Assembly (NCBI GenBank): GCA_964595465.1
Contig: CAZQQI010000006.1
Location: 655 to 64,654 of the forward strand
Length of the DNA stretch: 64,000 nucleotides
DNA from: an uncultured Planctomycetales bacterium
Lineage (GTDB): Bacteria; Omnitrophota; Gorgyraeia; Zapsychrales; JANLHA01
Reading direction: 5' to 3'
The position numbers and the translations under genes are program-made. A model generated the notes under the pieces. It made no database searches and was not told the DNA's origin. It saw nothing but the letters and a program-made list of their open reading frames with translations. This document shows, piece by piece, positions 55,239 to 64,000 of the stretch (positions within the stretch are counted from its first letter, which is position 1; the number at the start of each line of letters is the position of its first letter).

Positions 55239-56234
55239 TTAAATGAGTCCTTTATTATGATACCATTGAAGTGTTTTTGATAGTCCTTCTTCTAGATCAA
55301 TTTGAGGTTCATATTTCAACTCGCTTTTCGCTTTGCTGATATCTAAAATTCTATCGTGTGTTATTGATGAGATATTTCGCGCGGTCACCACGGGTTTTTT
55401 ATTTATTGATTTCATCAATTTTTCTTGAAGCCACGCTAAAAATTTTATTAAAAATACTGGAAAGTATACATAAAAAATTTTTTTGTTTAAAAATTTTTTT
55501 ATCACATTAAGAATTTCTTTTTGGCTGAATGATCGCGTCGGTCCGATCAGATAGGTCTCCCCTGTTTTTGCGTGGTCAACGGCAAGGATCAGTGCATCGA
55601 TCAGATCGTCAATGTATAAAGAAGGCGCAAGATTTTTGCCTAAACCGATTTTTGGATAGAATCCTTTTTTCGCAACTTTTGTCATGGTGAAGAAATCCCC
55701 TTTAAATCCTGGTCCGTATATCATACATGGGCGAATAATCGTTATCGGCAGGCCTTGTTCAATATATGATAACGCCGCGTGGTCGCTTTCATGTTTAGAT
55801 CGTTGATATGGTGTATATGGATTGCATTCAGTGTTTTCGTTAATGCGATGATCTTTTAGGATGCCATAGGCTGCCGTGCTGCTGATGTGAATAATTTTTT
55901 GAATGGATGGATTTTTACAACATTCATTTAAGATATTTTTTGTGCCTTCAACATTAACGGCGCGGAATTTCTTAAAAGCAGATTCAGATGGAAGATCGTG
56001 GCCCATGAGTGCAGCAAGATGAAATACGCAATCGATATTGTCGGTAGTGCCTGATAAGGTTTCAGGAGAAGTGATATCCCCTATATGAAAGTCTAAGTTG
56101 GATTGTTGGCCCAACATTTTTTTTGCTTTATCAGCATCTCTGACTAAGCAACGGCACCGATGTCCCAGTTTTAGAAGCCTTTTGACCAGGTTCTGCCCTA
56201 TAAAGCCGGTTGATCCAGTGATGAGAATATTCAT
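55239..56234 (-). CDS. NAD-dependent epimerase/dehydratase (extended SDR)
   Basis: The NAD-binding motif is ILITGSTGFIGQNL and a YxxxK catalytic pair is present. Length is 331 aa. Confidence 0.8.
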   Translation of the reverse strand: MNILITGSTGFIGQNLVKRLLKLGHRCRCLVRDADKAKKMLGQQSNLDFHIGDITSPETLSGTTDNIDCVFHLAALMGHDLPSESAFKKFRAVNVEGTKNILNECCKNPSIQKIIHISSTAAYGILKDHRINENTECNPYTPYQRSKHESDHAALSYIEQGLPITIIRPCMIYGPGFKGDFFTMTKVAKKGFYPKIGLGKNLAPSLYIDDLIDALILAVDHAKTGETYLIGPTRSFSQKEILNVIKKFLNKKIFYVYFPVFLIKFLAWLQEKLMKSINKKPVVTARNISSITHDRILDISKAKSELKYEPQIDLEEGLSKTLQWYHNKGLI

Positions 56235-56240
56235 AAATAA

Positions 56241-57515
56241 TTATGGTTGTGGCAATTCTAAAAGCTTATAGATTTCTTTTTTCATTAATTCTGATGCTTG
56301 ACCTGGACAAGAATTTACTTTTTTTGAAAATTCTTCTAATTTGTCAAGTGGATAATTGTGTAATGACCCTTCAAGTTTCTCCTTCAAATCGGAAAAGTCC
56401 GGTTTGAGAGTCGGGGCGATTGTTTTTAGTTCAGTAATAAGGCAGTTCTTGACAACAACATTTTCCGGGAAAGGGACGAAAATAATTGGTTTTTTTAGGA
56501 GTGCGGTATTCAAACACAATGATGTGAAGTCGGAAATAACAATATCAGCAACAATCATATACTCGACCCAATCATCCTCAGGTTCCCGGAATAAGATTCC
56601 TTCTTTTTTTTGAGTACGCAAATAATTACCCCAAACACGTTTATTCTTAGGTTGAGGGCGATGCTCGCGAGGGTGTATGTTTAAAATAAAATCATATTCG
56701 GATGTTAGAGAATTAATTTTTTTTAAGAATTTGTCACCATGCATATTGAAAAGACAATAGGGTCCCCAAGTACTGAGTATAAAAACAGCGGGTTTGTCAG
56801 TGGTTAAACCGATTTTATGGCGAAGGCGTGAACGGTGATTATACTTGTCAAGCATTTTATCATTTTGCAGGAGTCCAACAACCTTGATAACTTCATCAAA
56901 TTGAGGATCGATTTGGATTGCCGCAGTTTTGTTCCAATCGCTTGAGGAAAAAATACAATCAAAGCGCATTGCACCTCTCCTTAGATTTCGATAAACATAG
57001 TTACTATAGGTGAAACAATCATTGTCTTTTCGTTTGCTGCACACCTTATTAGTGAATCGTGAGAGATTTCGCTTTCCAGATTCAATGCCGTGACGAATCC
57101 ATAAAGTTTTGCAGCGTTCATTAGTTACTAAATGTCGCTGCCATCCTGATGAAGTAATGATAAGATCCCATTTATAGATAAAGGCTTTTAAAATTGAAAT
57201 TTTTTTATATGGAAGCTTATTTAAAATAAAATTCTTGCCATTTTTTCTATCAAATCGAAAGAAATCTAATAAGCGGATTTTCAGGCGGTCATCTGTTTTG
57301 ATAAGATCAATTGTTTCAGCAAGATATTCGGCCTGCAGTGATCGATCACAAACGATCAGAATATTTCTTTCGTTCTTTGATTCTGTTTTTTTAGATGATT
57401 TTATTAAAGGGTAAGTTAGAATCCCCAGAAATCGGAACAGATGATCAGTCAGTAAATATTCAAAAGCATCGCAGATGAATTGTTTTAAAGTTGTATGTTT
57501 TCCTAAAATTTTCAT
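56241..57515 (-). CDS. CDP-glycerol glycerophosphotransferase (TagF/TagB)-like protein
   Basis: The size and C-terminal region (…ILSTWGPY…, …ISDFTSLCLNTALLKKPIIF…) resemble the TagF family. This is a weak assignment. Confidence 0.35.
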   Translation of the reverse strand: MKILGKHTTLKQFICDAFEYLLTDHLFRFLGILTYPLIKSSKKTESKNERNILIVCDRSLQAEYLAETIDLIKTDDRLKIRLLDFFRFDRKNGKNFILNKLPYKKISILKAFIYKWDLIITSSGWQRHLVTNERCKTLWIRHGIESGKRNLSRFTNKVCSKRKDNDCFTYSNYVYRNLRRGAMRFDCIFSSSDWNKTAAIQIDPQFDEVIKVVGLLQNDKMLDKYNHRSRLRHKIGLTTDKPAVFILSTWGPYCLFNMHGDKFLKKINSLTSEYDFILNIHPREHRPQPKNKRVWGNYLRTQKKEGILFREPEDDWVEYMIVADIVISDFTSLCLNTALLKKPIIFVPFPENVVVKNCLITELKTIAPTLKPDFSDLKEKLEGSLHNYPLDKLEEFSKKVNSCPGQASELMKKEIYKLLELPQP

Positions 57516-57516
57516 T

Positions 57517-58389
57517 TTATTTTCTTATAAATAGAGTGCTTATTATGCCAAAACTTTTTATTATGGTGCTTATGACAGCAAGGATCCACATTTGAATAAA
57601 TAATTTTCTTGTTATTGCCACGCTGCGTTTATTGATTCTTGTTGTTAATGTTTTCGGTTTTGGTGGCAAAAAGGATTTCAGTGTATTTGAGATAATTTTA
57701 TTTTTCGATATTTCGGTGTTCTTATAGTATGGAACGACTCCCTTTCCGATTCGGTATGATTTTTTTATTAAACCTTTAAAATTTCTTGTGGGGTGCTTAA
57801 CGATTGCTGCAGGGGAAAACAGAAGCCTATAATTTTTTGATGTGATATTTTTTGTCCATTGTCTGTCCCCTCCTGATTCTACACATGGGAAAAGCCCTTC
57901 TTTTTGAAATATGTTTTTTGGAGCAAACAGATTAGCTGTTTGGCAGACGCCTTTTTTGATTGAGGTTTCTGTGTTTAAAAAGGTTACAAAATCATATAAT
58001 TCAACTGGAGATCTTTTATTTCGGAAAAAAAGGTTGATTTTTCCACCGACTAGATCTGCTTTCCCATCGATAATCGGCTTGACCCCTTCCTCTAGCCAGT
58101 TATTACTCGGAATACAATCAGAATCTGTAAAGGCCAAAATTTCTCCTTGTGCGGTTTTAATGCCGGTATTGCGCGCAGCATAAGACCCTTTTTTGCCTTC
58201 AAAAGCGTAGACAGTATTAGGCAGTTGTTCGACTAAATTCTTGATACTTTCAGTGGAATTATTATCAACGACAATGATTTCGTAAAGATGCCGCGGATAG
58301 CTCTGATTTTGTAAAGCGTCCAGACACAGCTTAAGACGCTGCGAGTCGTTATGGACGGGAATTATAACTGAAATAAAGGGGTTATTCAT
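57517..58389 (-). CDS. GT2 family glycosyltransferase (copy A)
   Basis: Motifs are ISVIIPVHNDSQRL and FTDSDCIP. It overlaps the upstream gene by 8 bp. Confidence 0.8.
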   Translation of the reverse strand: MNNPFISVIIPVHNDSQRLKLCLDALQNQSYPRHLYEIIVVDNNSTESIKNLVEQLPNTVYAFEGKKGSYAARNTGIKTAQGEILAFTDSDCIPSNNWLEEGVKPIIDGKADLVGGKINLFFRNKRSPVELYDFVTFLNTETSIKKGVCQTANLFAPKNIFQKEGLFPCVESGGDRQWTKNITSKNYRLLFSPAAIVKHPTRNFKGLIKKSYRIGKGVVPYYKNTEISKNKIISNTLKSFLPPKPKTLTTRINKRSVAITRKLFIQMWILAVISTIIKSFGIISTLFIRK

Positions 58390-59527
58390 TGTAGCCGTTT
58401 ATGTGAAGGTTTGTTAGGACTTCATCCGGTAATCGTGTTAATTCATAAATTCTGGCTGTCAATGTTGCCGGATCAGCTGTGTTTTTGTCGAACATTTTGG
58501 TCTTGTTATTATATGTTTTGTTGATCTGCTGTTTGACCCACCATGCGATCTTTTCACGGGATGTATTGTCGTCCTGAAAAACACTCAGGGTAAAGGCATT
58601 TTCAAATCCACACGGATTATAAGGATATCCGAAGCGGTTATCCACCAATTGCTCTATATATTGCTGGGAATTCATATAGTCATAGCATACCTGAAAAACA
58701 GGACTTTGCCAAAAGCTATGATCCGGAAAAACACCTTTCAGTAAAGCAAATCCGTACATGTTGAACGCGTGGTATCCGATGGATTTATAAATAAGTTCTT
58801 CTGAAAGCGGTTTTATGCATTTTTTCAAAGAGCGTGTTATTTTTTTTCTGAGTGATATGTTTTTTAAACGGTGAAGGGGTAGAGGGTGATAGATGAGCCC
58901 TGTCTTGAGGACGTCAAGATTGAGGGATAAGGAATCCAGAAAATGACGGATTTTGGGGTAGATGCCATACTGATCATGTTTGTCAAGAAGGGCTGAGCAG
59001 GCCGCGAACCAGAGCTGATGATTAAACGTCGGATCTAAGGCGAGTTTCGTTCCGTCAATTTCCAGCTTGTGCCAAAGAGTATTGTTTTTGTCATACGTAT
59101 GGAGGCAAAAGACTTCACGGGCAAGGTTAATATACTTCGGGTCATTTAATATTTCACTGGCTTTAGCTAAAGCTTCGAAGGTCCATGCCTGTCCGATGAG
59201 TCCGTTGCAGCGATCCTTTTTACCCTTCTTGCGGTGAAAAAAGGAAAAACCGTGAGGCCGGGCTTCGGGAGAACAAAGATATTCTGCTAGCTTTTGAATA
59301 TGATCTAAATATATTTCTTTTTCATCAAGTTCATAGCATTTCGCCAGGGTGATGAGCCAGTGAGCTGAATTTCGTACCGGTGTTTCAGGATCATCATAAG
59401 GGCCGTTATGACCGCTTTGAAATTTGCCGTCTTGAAAACTGCAAATCAAGTTTTTGTTTGTAACATTAAGGATGAATTCTGCTGCAGTCATCTCAAGCTC
59501 GTATGATTTGTGATAAGTTTTTAACAA
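58382..59527 (-). CDS. Hypothetical protein (381 aa), candidate polysaccharide-modifying enzyme; full-length partner of GT2 copy A
   Basis: No secure family assignment could be made; secondary-structure-like helical repeats suggest an alpha/alpha-toroid. Its C-terminal 75 aa are duplicated at 60379-60684. Confidence 0.4.
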   Translation of the reverse strand: MLKTYHKSYELEMTAAEFILNVTNKNLICSFQDGKFQSGHNGPYDDPETPVRNSAHWLITLAKCYELDEKEIYLDHIQKLAEYLCSPEARPHGFSFFHRKKGKKDRCNGLIGQAWTFEALAKASEILNDPKYINLAREVFCLHTYDKNNTLWHKLEIDGTKLALDPTFNHQLWFAACSALLDKHDQYGIYPKIRHFLDSLSLNLDVLKTGLIYHPLPLHRLKNISLRKKITRSLKKCIKPLSEELIYKSIGYHAFNMYGFALLKGVFPDHSFWQSPVFQVCYDYMNSQQYIEQLVDNRFGYPYNPCGFENAFTLSVFQDDNTSREKIAWWVKQQINKTYNNKTKMFDKNTADPATLTARIYELTRLPDEVLTNLHINGYNE

Positions 59528-60386
59528 TCGTTATAACTCTTCCCGAAAATGTAGCAAATCGGCATAACCACGCGACCCCCCATATCGATAAGAGCTTTTT
59601 GGACATGTCCGGCGTTCCCCGTTCCTCAGTAAGTTTTCTGATGTGCCTGGGGCTGGGCGGCAGTAATCCCAACAATGTGCGTGTGAAAAATTTTCTTTTG
59701 GGTTCTTTTAACTCCAGCCAGATATAGGGCTGACCTTTCCCGACACGGAAGGATTTTTTCAAAAGAGGTATTAATTTTCTTGCGGGATGCTTAACGGTCG
59801 CGTCTTTCTGGTAGTAGATTTGAATGCCTTGTTGTGTTGCGCTTTTTGTCCATATGACATCACCACCAGAACAACACGTTGGGAATAAACCGATTATATC
59901 GAACACGTTTTTTTTAACAAAAAGATTCGCTGTCTTTCCTATTTTACGTCGATGAATATTTTCTTTGTGTTGCATATTTACAATGGAATCATAGAATTCA
60001 GCAGAACTTTTTTCTGCACTATAGATGAAAGCGATTTTTCCGCCTACAAGATCAGCGGTGCCTTCGATGATAGGTTTTGAACCTTCGTGCAGCCAATCTT
60101 GGCAAGGGATACAATCCGAATCGGTAAACGCGATAATTTCGCCTTGTGCGATTGAGAGCCCTTTATTGCGCGCCGCGTATGACCTCTTCTCCTTTTCAAA
60201 GGTGTAAATGGTCTTAGGATACCTTTCGACCAAGGATTTGATATCTTCGGTAGAATTATTGTCAACGACAATGATTTCGTACCGGTCAGCGGGATAAGTT
60301 TGATCATGTAGGGCATCGAGGCATTTTTTTAAACGCTGGCTGTCATTATAAACCGGGATTATAATCGAAATAAACGGGTTATTCAT
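59493..60386 (-). CDS. GT2 family glycosyltransferase (copy B, paralog of 57517-58389)
   Basis: Motifs are ISIIIPVYNDSQRL and FTDSDCIP. It is about 55% identical to copy A and has the same 8-bp overlap with its upstream ORF. Confidence 0.8.
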   Translation of the reverse strand: MNNPFISIIIPVYNDSQRLKKCLDALHDQTYPADRYEIIVVDNNSTEDIKSLVERYPKTIYTFEKEKRSYAARNKGLSIAQGEIIAFTDSDCIPCQDWLHEGSKPIIEGTADLVGGKIAFIYSAEKSSAEFYDSIVNMQHKENIHRRKIGKTANLFVKKNVFDIIGLFPTCCSGGDVIWTKSATQQGIQIYYQKDATVKHPARKLIPLLKKSFRVGKGQPYIWLELKEPKRKFFTRTLLGLLPPSPRHIRKLTEERGTPDMSKKLLSIWGVAWLCRFATFSGRVITIVKNLSQIIRA

Positions 60387-60684
60387 TGTGATGGTTTATC
60401 TGAATGTTTGCTAGGATTTTCTGCGGTAATCGTGTCAATTCATAAATTCTTGCTGTCAGCGTTGCCGGATCAGTTGTGTTTTTATCGAACATTCCGGTCC
60501 TGTTATTATATGTTTTGCTGATCTGCTGGTTGACCCACCATGCGATTTTTTCCTGGGATGTATTGTCATGCTGAAAAACACTTAGTGTGAATGCGTTTTC
60601 AAAGTACGCACTTAACTTATCCGCACAATTGAGAATCGGGATTATTATGGAGACTTCAGGCAATATTTTTTTGTCTATGGACAT
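60379..60684 (-). pseudogene. Truncated duplicate (C-terminal approximately 75 aa) of the 58382-59527 gene
   Basis: YFENAFTLSVFQHDNTSQEKIAWWVNQQISKTYNN…TLTARIYELTRLP is near-identical to the C-terminus of the 381-aa protein. The N-terminal 25 aa are unrelated, giving a 101-aa ORF. Confidence 0.65.
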
Positions 60685-60695
60685 AAGTTAAAAAT

Positions 60696-61889
60696 TCAAT
60701 TTTGCAATACAGATTCAAGCTTATGATTCAGGTTTTCTGTATTAAAGTGGCATTTAATAAAATGTCGTGCTGCTTTTGCGCATTTTTGCGCGTTTTCCCA
60801 ATTGGATAGAACATATTTTATCTTTTCGTATAATGCAACCGGATCAGATTCTGGCACCAGCCAGCCAGTTTCGTTGTCCGTGATGAGTTCAGGGATGCCG
60901 GAATGATTCGAGGAAATGACCGGGATGCCGCGGGCCATAGATTCCATTAAAACGACCGGGATCCCCTCTTTGTCCCCGGTATGCGGGTCTGTTTTACTCG
61001 GAAGAATGAAAATATCAGTATTGTCATAATATTTTCCGATTTGATCATTCGGGATAGACCCGAGCATATTGACATGCCGGTCCAGTTGATAGTCTTTAAT
61101 AAGTCGATTTATGACCGGTTCCATTGGTCCGGATCCAATAATTGTATAGGAAAATCGGTAGTATTGCTTTAATAAAGATAATGCTTTAAGCGAATCATCA
61201 TATCCTTTTTTGGTGACCAGTCTTCCAATAGTGAGGAACCTGACAGGATTCTGCATGTTTAGAGATCGTGCCTGATAGACATGTTTTTTAATATCAATAC
61301 CCATGTGCAGTATATTGAGCTTTTTTTCAGGAGCGCCGAGTTGAATTAATTTTTCTTTCCAGTGATTAGAAATAGGTAATAAGATATCAGCGGTATTAAA
61401 AATATCATGATAAATGTTAGATCCGTATTTTTTAAGATAGGCGGACATGTCAATGCCATGAAAAAAAACCGCAACGTTTGCGTATGGCTGTAAGAATTTT
61501 AAATATTTAAGTTTGTTGGCAACGTAGCCAAAGTGGATGATGAAAGCGTCCACGTCTTCGTATTCGGCTAGTTGGACAGAATAAATAAATGAGCCTAACG
61601 GTCTTTTTTTTAATGCTGAGAAAAATATTTTTAGAATGCGCAAACCGTATTTCGGGAAAGCCTGACATAAATATTTAAAGAATATGAGCAAGCGGCCCAT
61701 AATTTTTTTGGGGCAATGAAGATACCGGACTTTATTTCTAATCTCATGGGAAAAGTTATCACCAGGTTTCCCCTTGTGCATAGCACATATGTATATATCA
61801 TGGCCGCGGGCCATCATCCCTCTGATCTGGTTCAGAATAAAGGTTTGGGTCGTCGCCGGAAATTTGTATACGCAAAAAATTATTTTCAT
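60696..61889 (-). CDS. GT4 family glycosyltransferase (GT-B fold, Glycos_transf_1)
   Basis: The C-terminal EGIPVVLMESMARGIPVISS has the E-x7-E-like motif of retaining GT4 enzymes. Confidence 0.8.
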   Translation of the reverse strand: MKIIFCVYKFPATTQTFILNQIRGMMARGHDIYICAMHKGKPGDNFSHEIRNKVRYLHCPKKIMGRLLIFFKYLCQAFPKYGLRILKIFFSALKKRPLGSFIYSVQLAEYEDVDAFIIHFGYVANKLKYLKFLQPYANVAVFFHGIDMSAYLKKYGSNIYHDIFNTADILLPISNHWKEKLIQLGAPEKKLNILHMGIDIKKHVYQARSLNMQNPVRFLTIGRLVTKKGYDDSLKALSLLKQYYRFSYTIIGSGPMEPVINRLIKDYQLDRHVNMLGSIPNDQIGKYYDNTDIFILPSKTDPHTGDKEGIPVVLMESMARGIPVISSNHSGIPELITDNETGWLVPESDPVALYEKIKYVLSNWENAQKCAKAARHFIKCHFNTENLNHKLESVLQN

Positions 61890-61910
61890 TTGTATGGGTG
61901 CCTATTTGAA

Positions 61911-62636
61911 TCAATTTTTCTTTATTCGGGCTTTTGTAACAATCTGGTAACCAAACAGAGATGGAAACTGTTTTAGGATTGGATAAAAAAGACGCTTAGG
62001 CCGTATCCATCGGGGAAATTTATAGCATGGCAGAACATCGGTCAGTTCAAATCCGGCATTTTCGAGCAAGTCGTGAAATGAATTTAGCGTAAAATGGTGA
62101 ATATGTTCTGCATTGTGAATAAGGTAATCCTTTGGGAAATCCCCCCGTAATAAATCCAGACGGTTTTGGTACCAGGCAATATTAGGGAAAGAGGCAATTA
62201 AAATGCCATTATCTTCTAGCAAAGATCTCAGTTGGTGAAGGGCTTTTTCCGGCTCGAAAAGGTGTTCAAGCACCTCTAAAGCAATGGCAAAATCGAATCG
62301 CTTATTATTCATTTTTTCAAGGAGATCATCGTGCTCTAAATTGATTTGATGCAATTCATCATAGAAAGGAGCGGCTAGGCTCAAGGCGGTTTCTGATATG
62401 TCACAGCCTGTAAGCACTGTTGAAGCGCTATAATTTTCTTTTAATAATTTCCCAAGGGTGCCTTCGCCGCAGGCTGAATCAAGGATATGGACAGTGTCCT
62501 TCCCCATGTGTTCTTTAATCATATGAATTGTTTTAACAATTCTTTCTGGTATCCACATGCCTTCCCGTGTGTGAAGACGTTGTTGAGCATTGCGTTTTAA
62601 CCAATAATTTTCATAAAAAGTTTTAGAATTAATCAT
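61911..62636 (-). CDS. Class I SAM-dependent methyltransferase
   Basis: Motif I is ILDSACGEGTLG. Length is 241 aa. Confidence 0.7.
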   Translation of the reverse strand: MINSKTFYENYWLKRNAQQRLHTREGMWIPERIVKTIHMIKEHMGKDTVHILDSACGEGTLGKLLKENYSASTVLTGCDISETALSLAAPFYDELHQINLEHDDLLEKMNNKRFDFAIALEVLEHLFEPEKALHQLRSLLEDNGILIASFPNIAWYQNRLDLLRGDFPKDYLIHNAEHIHHFTLNSFHDLLENAGFELTDVLPCYKFPRWIRPKRLFYPILKQFPSLFGYQIVTKARIKKN

Positions 62637-62640
62637 GTAA

Positions 62641-64000
62641 TCAGATCTCCGTGAGCTTAAGCAGCAACCCCTTAATATCTAAATTATAATATTTAAACGA
62701 GTAAAAAGAGCAGAATGTGTATATGCAAATAGCAATACCAATCAGCAGGGCAGACATTGCCAAATTAGAACCACATGAGCTAAATATTACCGATTTTATC
62801 ACAATTATTACTAAGGTCATAACCAAAGTATTAATAAGCGGAAGCAAAAACATGATAAAAAAGTCCTTAAAATTGAAGTTAAGTATATTTCTGACTTTTA
62901 TATACGCCCATATATTAGGGATGATTGAAGAGATGACAACTGCCATGGCCGTTCCATTAAAGCCGTATGTTTTTGATAATGGATAAATTGTTAGTGCTAA
63001 CATTATTAATTGAAGGAACTGCAGCTTTGTTGCAATATGGGGTCTCCCGATTCCTAAAAATATCGGTCCTGTTGTGGCGCCAATCGATCGAACTAAGCCC
63101 CACACCGCTAAGATCTGGATAGCAGGAATGATCGGGACCCATTGCTCTCCCAAAATAGGGTATATGAGGGCGGGGCTAAATATAATAATAATGGATATTA
63201 ATGGGAAAGTGATGAAAGCAATCATTAAATGTATTTGCAAATAAATTCTTTTTAAGCGGAGTCGGTTATTTTGAACCTGAGAATATACGGGAAAAAGCAC
63301 TTTTGAAACGATATGCGTTACTTCGGTTACAGGCAGGTTAGAGATTAAGTATGCCATTTGATAAAGTCCCAGTGCCGTAGCGCCGATTATTTTTCCTACA
63401 AAAAGATCGTCGCCTTTGGTAATAAGAAAAACGATAATATGAGAGCCCAATATCCATTTTCCGAATTTAAAAAGCTCTTTGAGGGCTTTTCTGCTAACAA
63501 AAAATTTAGGGCGATACGGATCGAGTTGATATGATAAAAAACAGTGTGTTAAAATCCCGGCAAGATGTCCCCAGACGAGAGCCCAGACATTTTTGTACAA
63601 TACAGCCAATAGGATCGATGTAAGCAGGGTTATACTATTTGAAGCTAAATGCAAAGTAAAATATTTTTTAAAATTCAATTCTTTTTGAAAGAGTACGGTG
63701 GATATGTTGGTAAAAGAAGAAAATATGACAGAAAGTCCCATAACTTGGAATAATAAAGCCATTTGGGGTATGTCAAAGAATTTTGCCCAAAAGTTAGCAG
63801 TGAAAAATATAAAGGCGAAAATTAATCCGGCCCTTATGATCCCGAATGTCCAAGAGGTATTTAAGTACTTATCGATGTCTTGGCGACTGAAAAATTTTTT
63901 TTGAATTATAGCTGTCTGAAATCCGGTTTCGGAGAATGTTTTTAATGTTAAAAGGAACAATGCCGCAATACTAAAGAAACCAAAATCTTTAGGTGTTAGA
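62641..64000 (-). CDS. Wzx-like oligosaccharide flippase (MOP/polysaccharide biosynthesis protein family), 5' end beyond window
   Basis: It has 12 or more transmembrane helices. The reading frame stays open to the window edge upstream of the ORF-track start; position 63960 is TTG, not a real start. It is the first visible gene of the minus-strand EPS operon. Confidence 0.65.
   Translation of the reverse strand, partial: LTPKDFGFFSIAALFLLTLKTFSETGFQTAIIQKKFFSRQDIDKYLNTSWTFGIIRAGLIFAFIFFTANFWAKFFDIPQMALLFQVMGLSVIFSSFTNISTVLFQKELNFKKYFTLHLASNSITLLTSILLAVLYKNVWALVWGHLAGILTHCFLSYQLDPYRPKFFVSRKALKELFKFGKWILGSHIIVFLITKGDDLFVGKIIGATALGLYQMAYLISNLPVTEVTHIVSKVLFPVYSQVQNNRLRLKRIYLQIHLMIAFITFPLISIIIIFSPALIYPILGEQWVPIIPAIQILAVWGLVRSIGATTGPIFLGIGRPHIATKLQFLQLIMLALTIYPLSKTYGFNGTAMAVVISSIIPNIWAYIKVRNILNFNFKDFFIMFLLPLINTLVMTLVIIVIKSVIFSSCGSNLAMSALLIGIAICIYTFCSFYSFKYYNLDIKGLLLKLTEI

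Larger units (their letters stand above)
57517..60610. repeat. Tandem direct duplication: unit A about 57517-58610, unit B about 59493-60610 (GT2 plus 3' end of partner gene)
   Basis: The blocks 58390-58610 and 60387-60605 are about 85-90% identical by eye. The GT2 bodies are about 70-75% identical at nucleotide level and about 55% at protein level. Confidence 0.7.

Noticed and set aside
60379-60684. Treating the 101-aa ORF as an independent small protein gene
   Set aside because: Its C-terminal three-quarters duplicate the end of the 381-aa upstream paralog at high nucleotide identity. A truncated duplication remnant is more parsimonious.

Overview
This 64 kb window comes from a diderm (Gram-negative-type) environmental bacterium, roughly mid-GC. 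It is densely coding, with housekeeping blocks flanked by two envelope/polysaccharide accessory regions. No CRISPR arrays, transposases or integrases are visible. Layout, left to right:

- (1) A PEP-CTERM/exosortase locus (1-6180): the exosortase 3' end, EpsI, a sigma-54-promoter-driven gene that fuses a PEP-CTERM-like sorting module to a PglC-type sugar-phosphate transferase, three PEP-CTERM cargo proteins (one a C-type lectin), and a PaaK/CapK-like adenylating enzyme.
- (2) A LolCDE/LolA-like ABC export module plus an outer-membrane barrel protein (6274-10091, minus strand). It is divergently coupled to a two-gene putative aminolipid cassette (10167-13850): an N-acyl amino acid synthase followed by a four-domain fusion of acyl-AMP ligase, two tandem acyl carrier domains and a PlsC-type acyltransferase.
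- (3) A regulatory block (13918-20272): a membrane protein, a TPR protein, a GAF histidine kinase, a sigma-54 NtrC-type response regulator, a GAF/PocR-like protein and a DUF134 protein.
- (4) A periplasmic cyclophilin and a 714-aa membrane-anchored coiled-coil protein with a very long acidic disordered tail.
- (5) A minus-strand housekeeping run: nadC, valS, an isopropylmalate/citramalate synthase, lysC, an ApgM-type 'proposed homoserine kinase', a standalone CoaB, thrC, hom, a PilZ protein, tRNA-Pro and gpsA.
- (6) A glycosylation module (36540-43367): Dol-P/Und-P-sugar-synthase-like GT2s, a methyltransferase-GT2 fusion and GT-C-like polytopic membrane proteins. It is followed by a tRNA-Thr/Tyr/Gly cluster.
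- (7) A coiled-coil protein and recN, then a structured non-coding region with inverted repeats and a 9-bp x9 tandem repeat, then a probable PPi-dependent phosphofructokinase.
- (8) A long minus-strand exopolysaccharide operon (50228 to beyond 64000): GT-C membrane proteins, a radical SAM/SPASM enzyme, a pyruvyl transferase, an epimerase, a TagF-like transferase, tandemly duplicated GT2 modules with a decayed gene fragment, a GT4, a methyltransferase and a Wzx-like flippase that is truncated by the window edge.

The most novel signals are the PEP-CTERM-sugar transferase chimera and the ligase-ACP-ACP-PlsC plus N-acyl amino acid synthase cassette beside a Lol-like exporter. Together they suggest a lipid/glycan-attachment system linked to exosortase, controlled by sigma-54.
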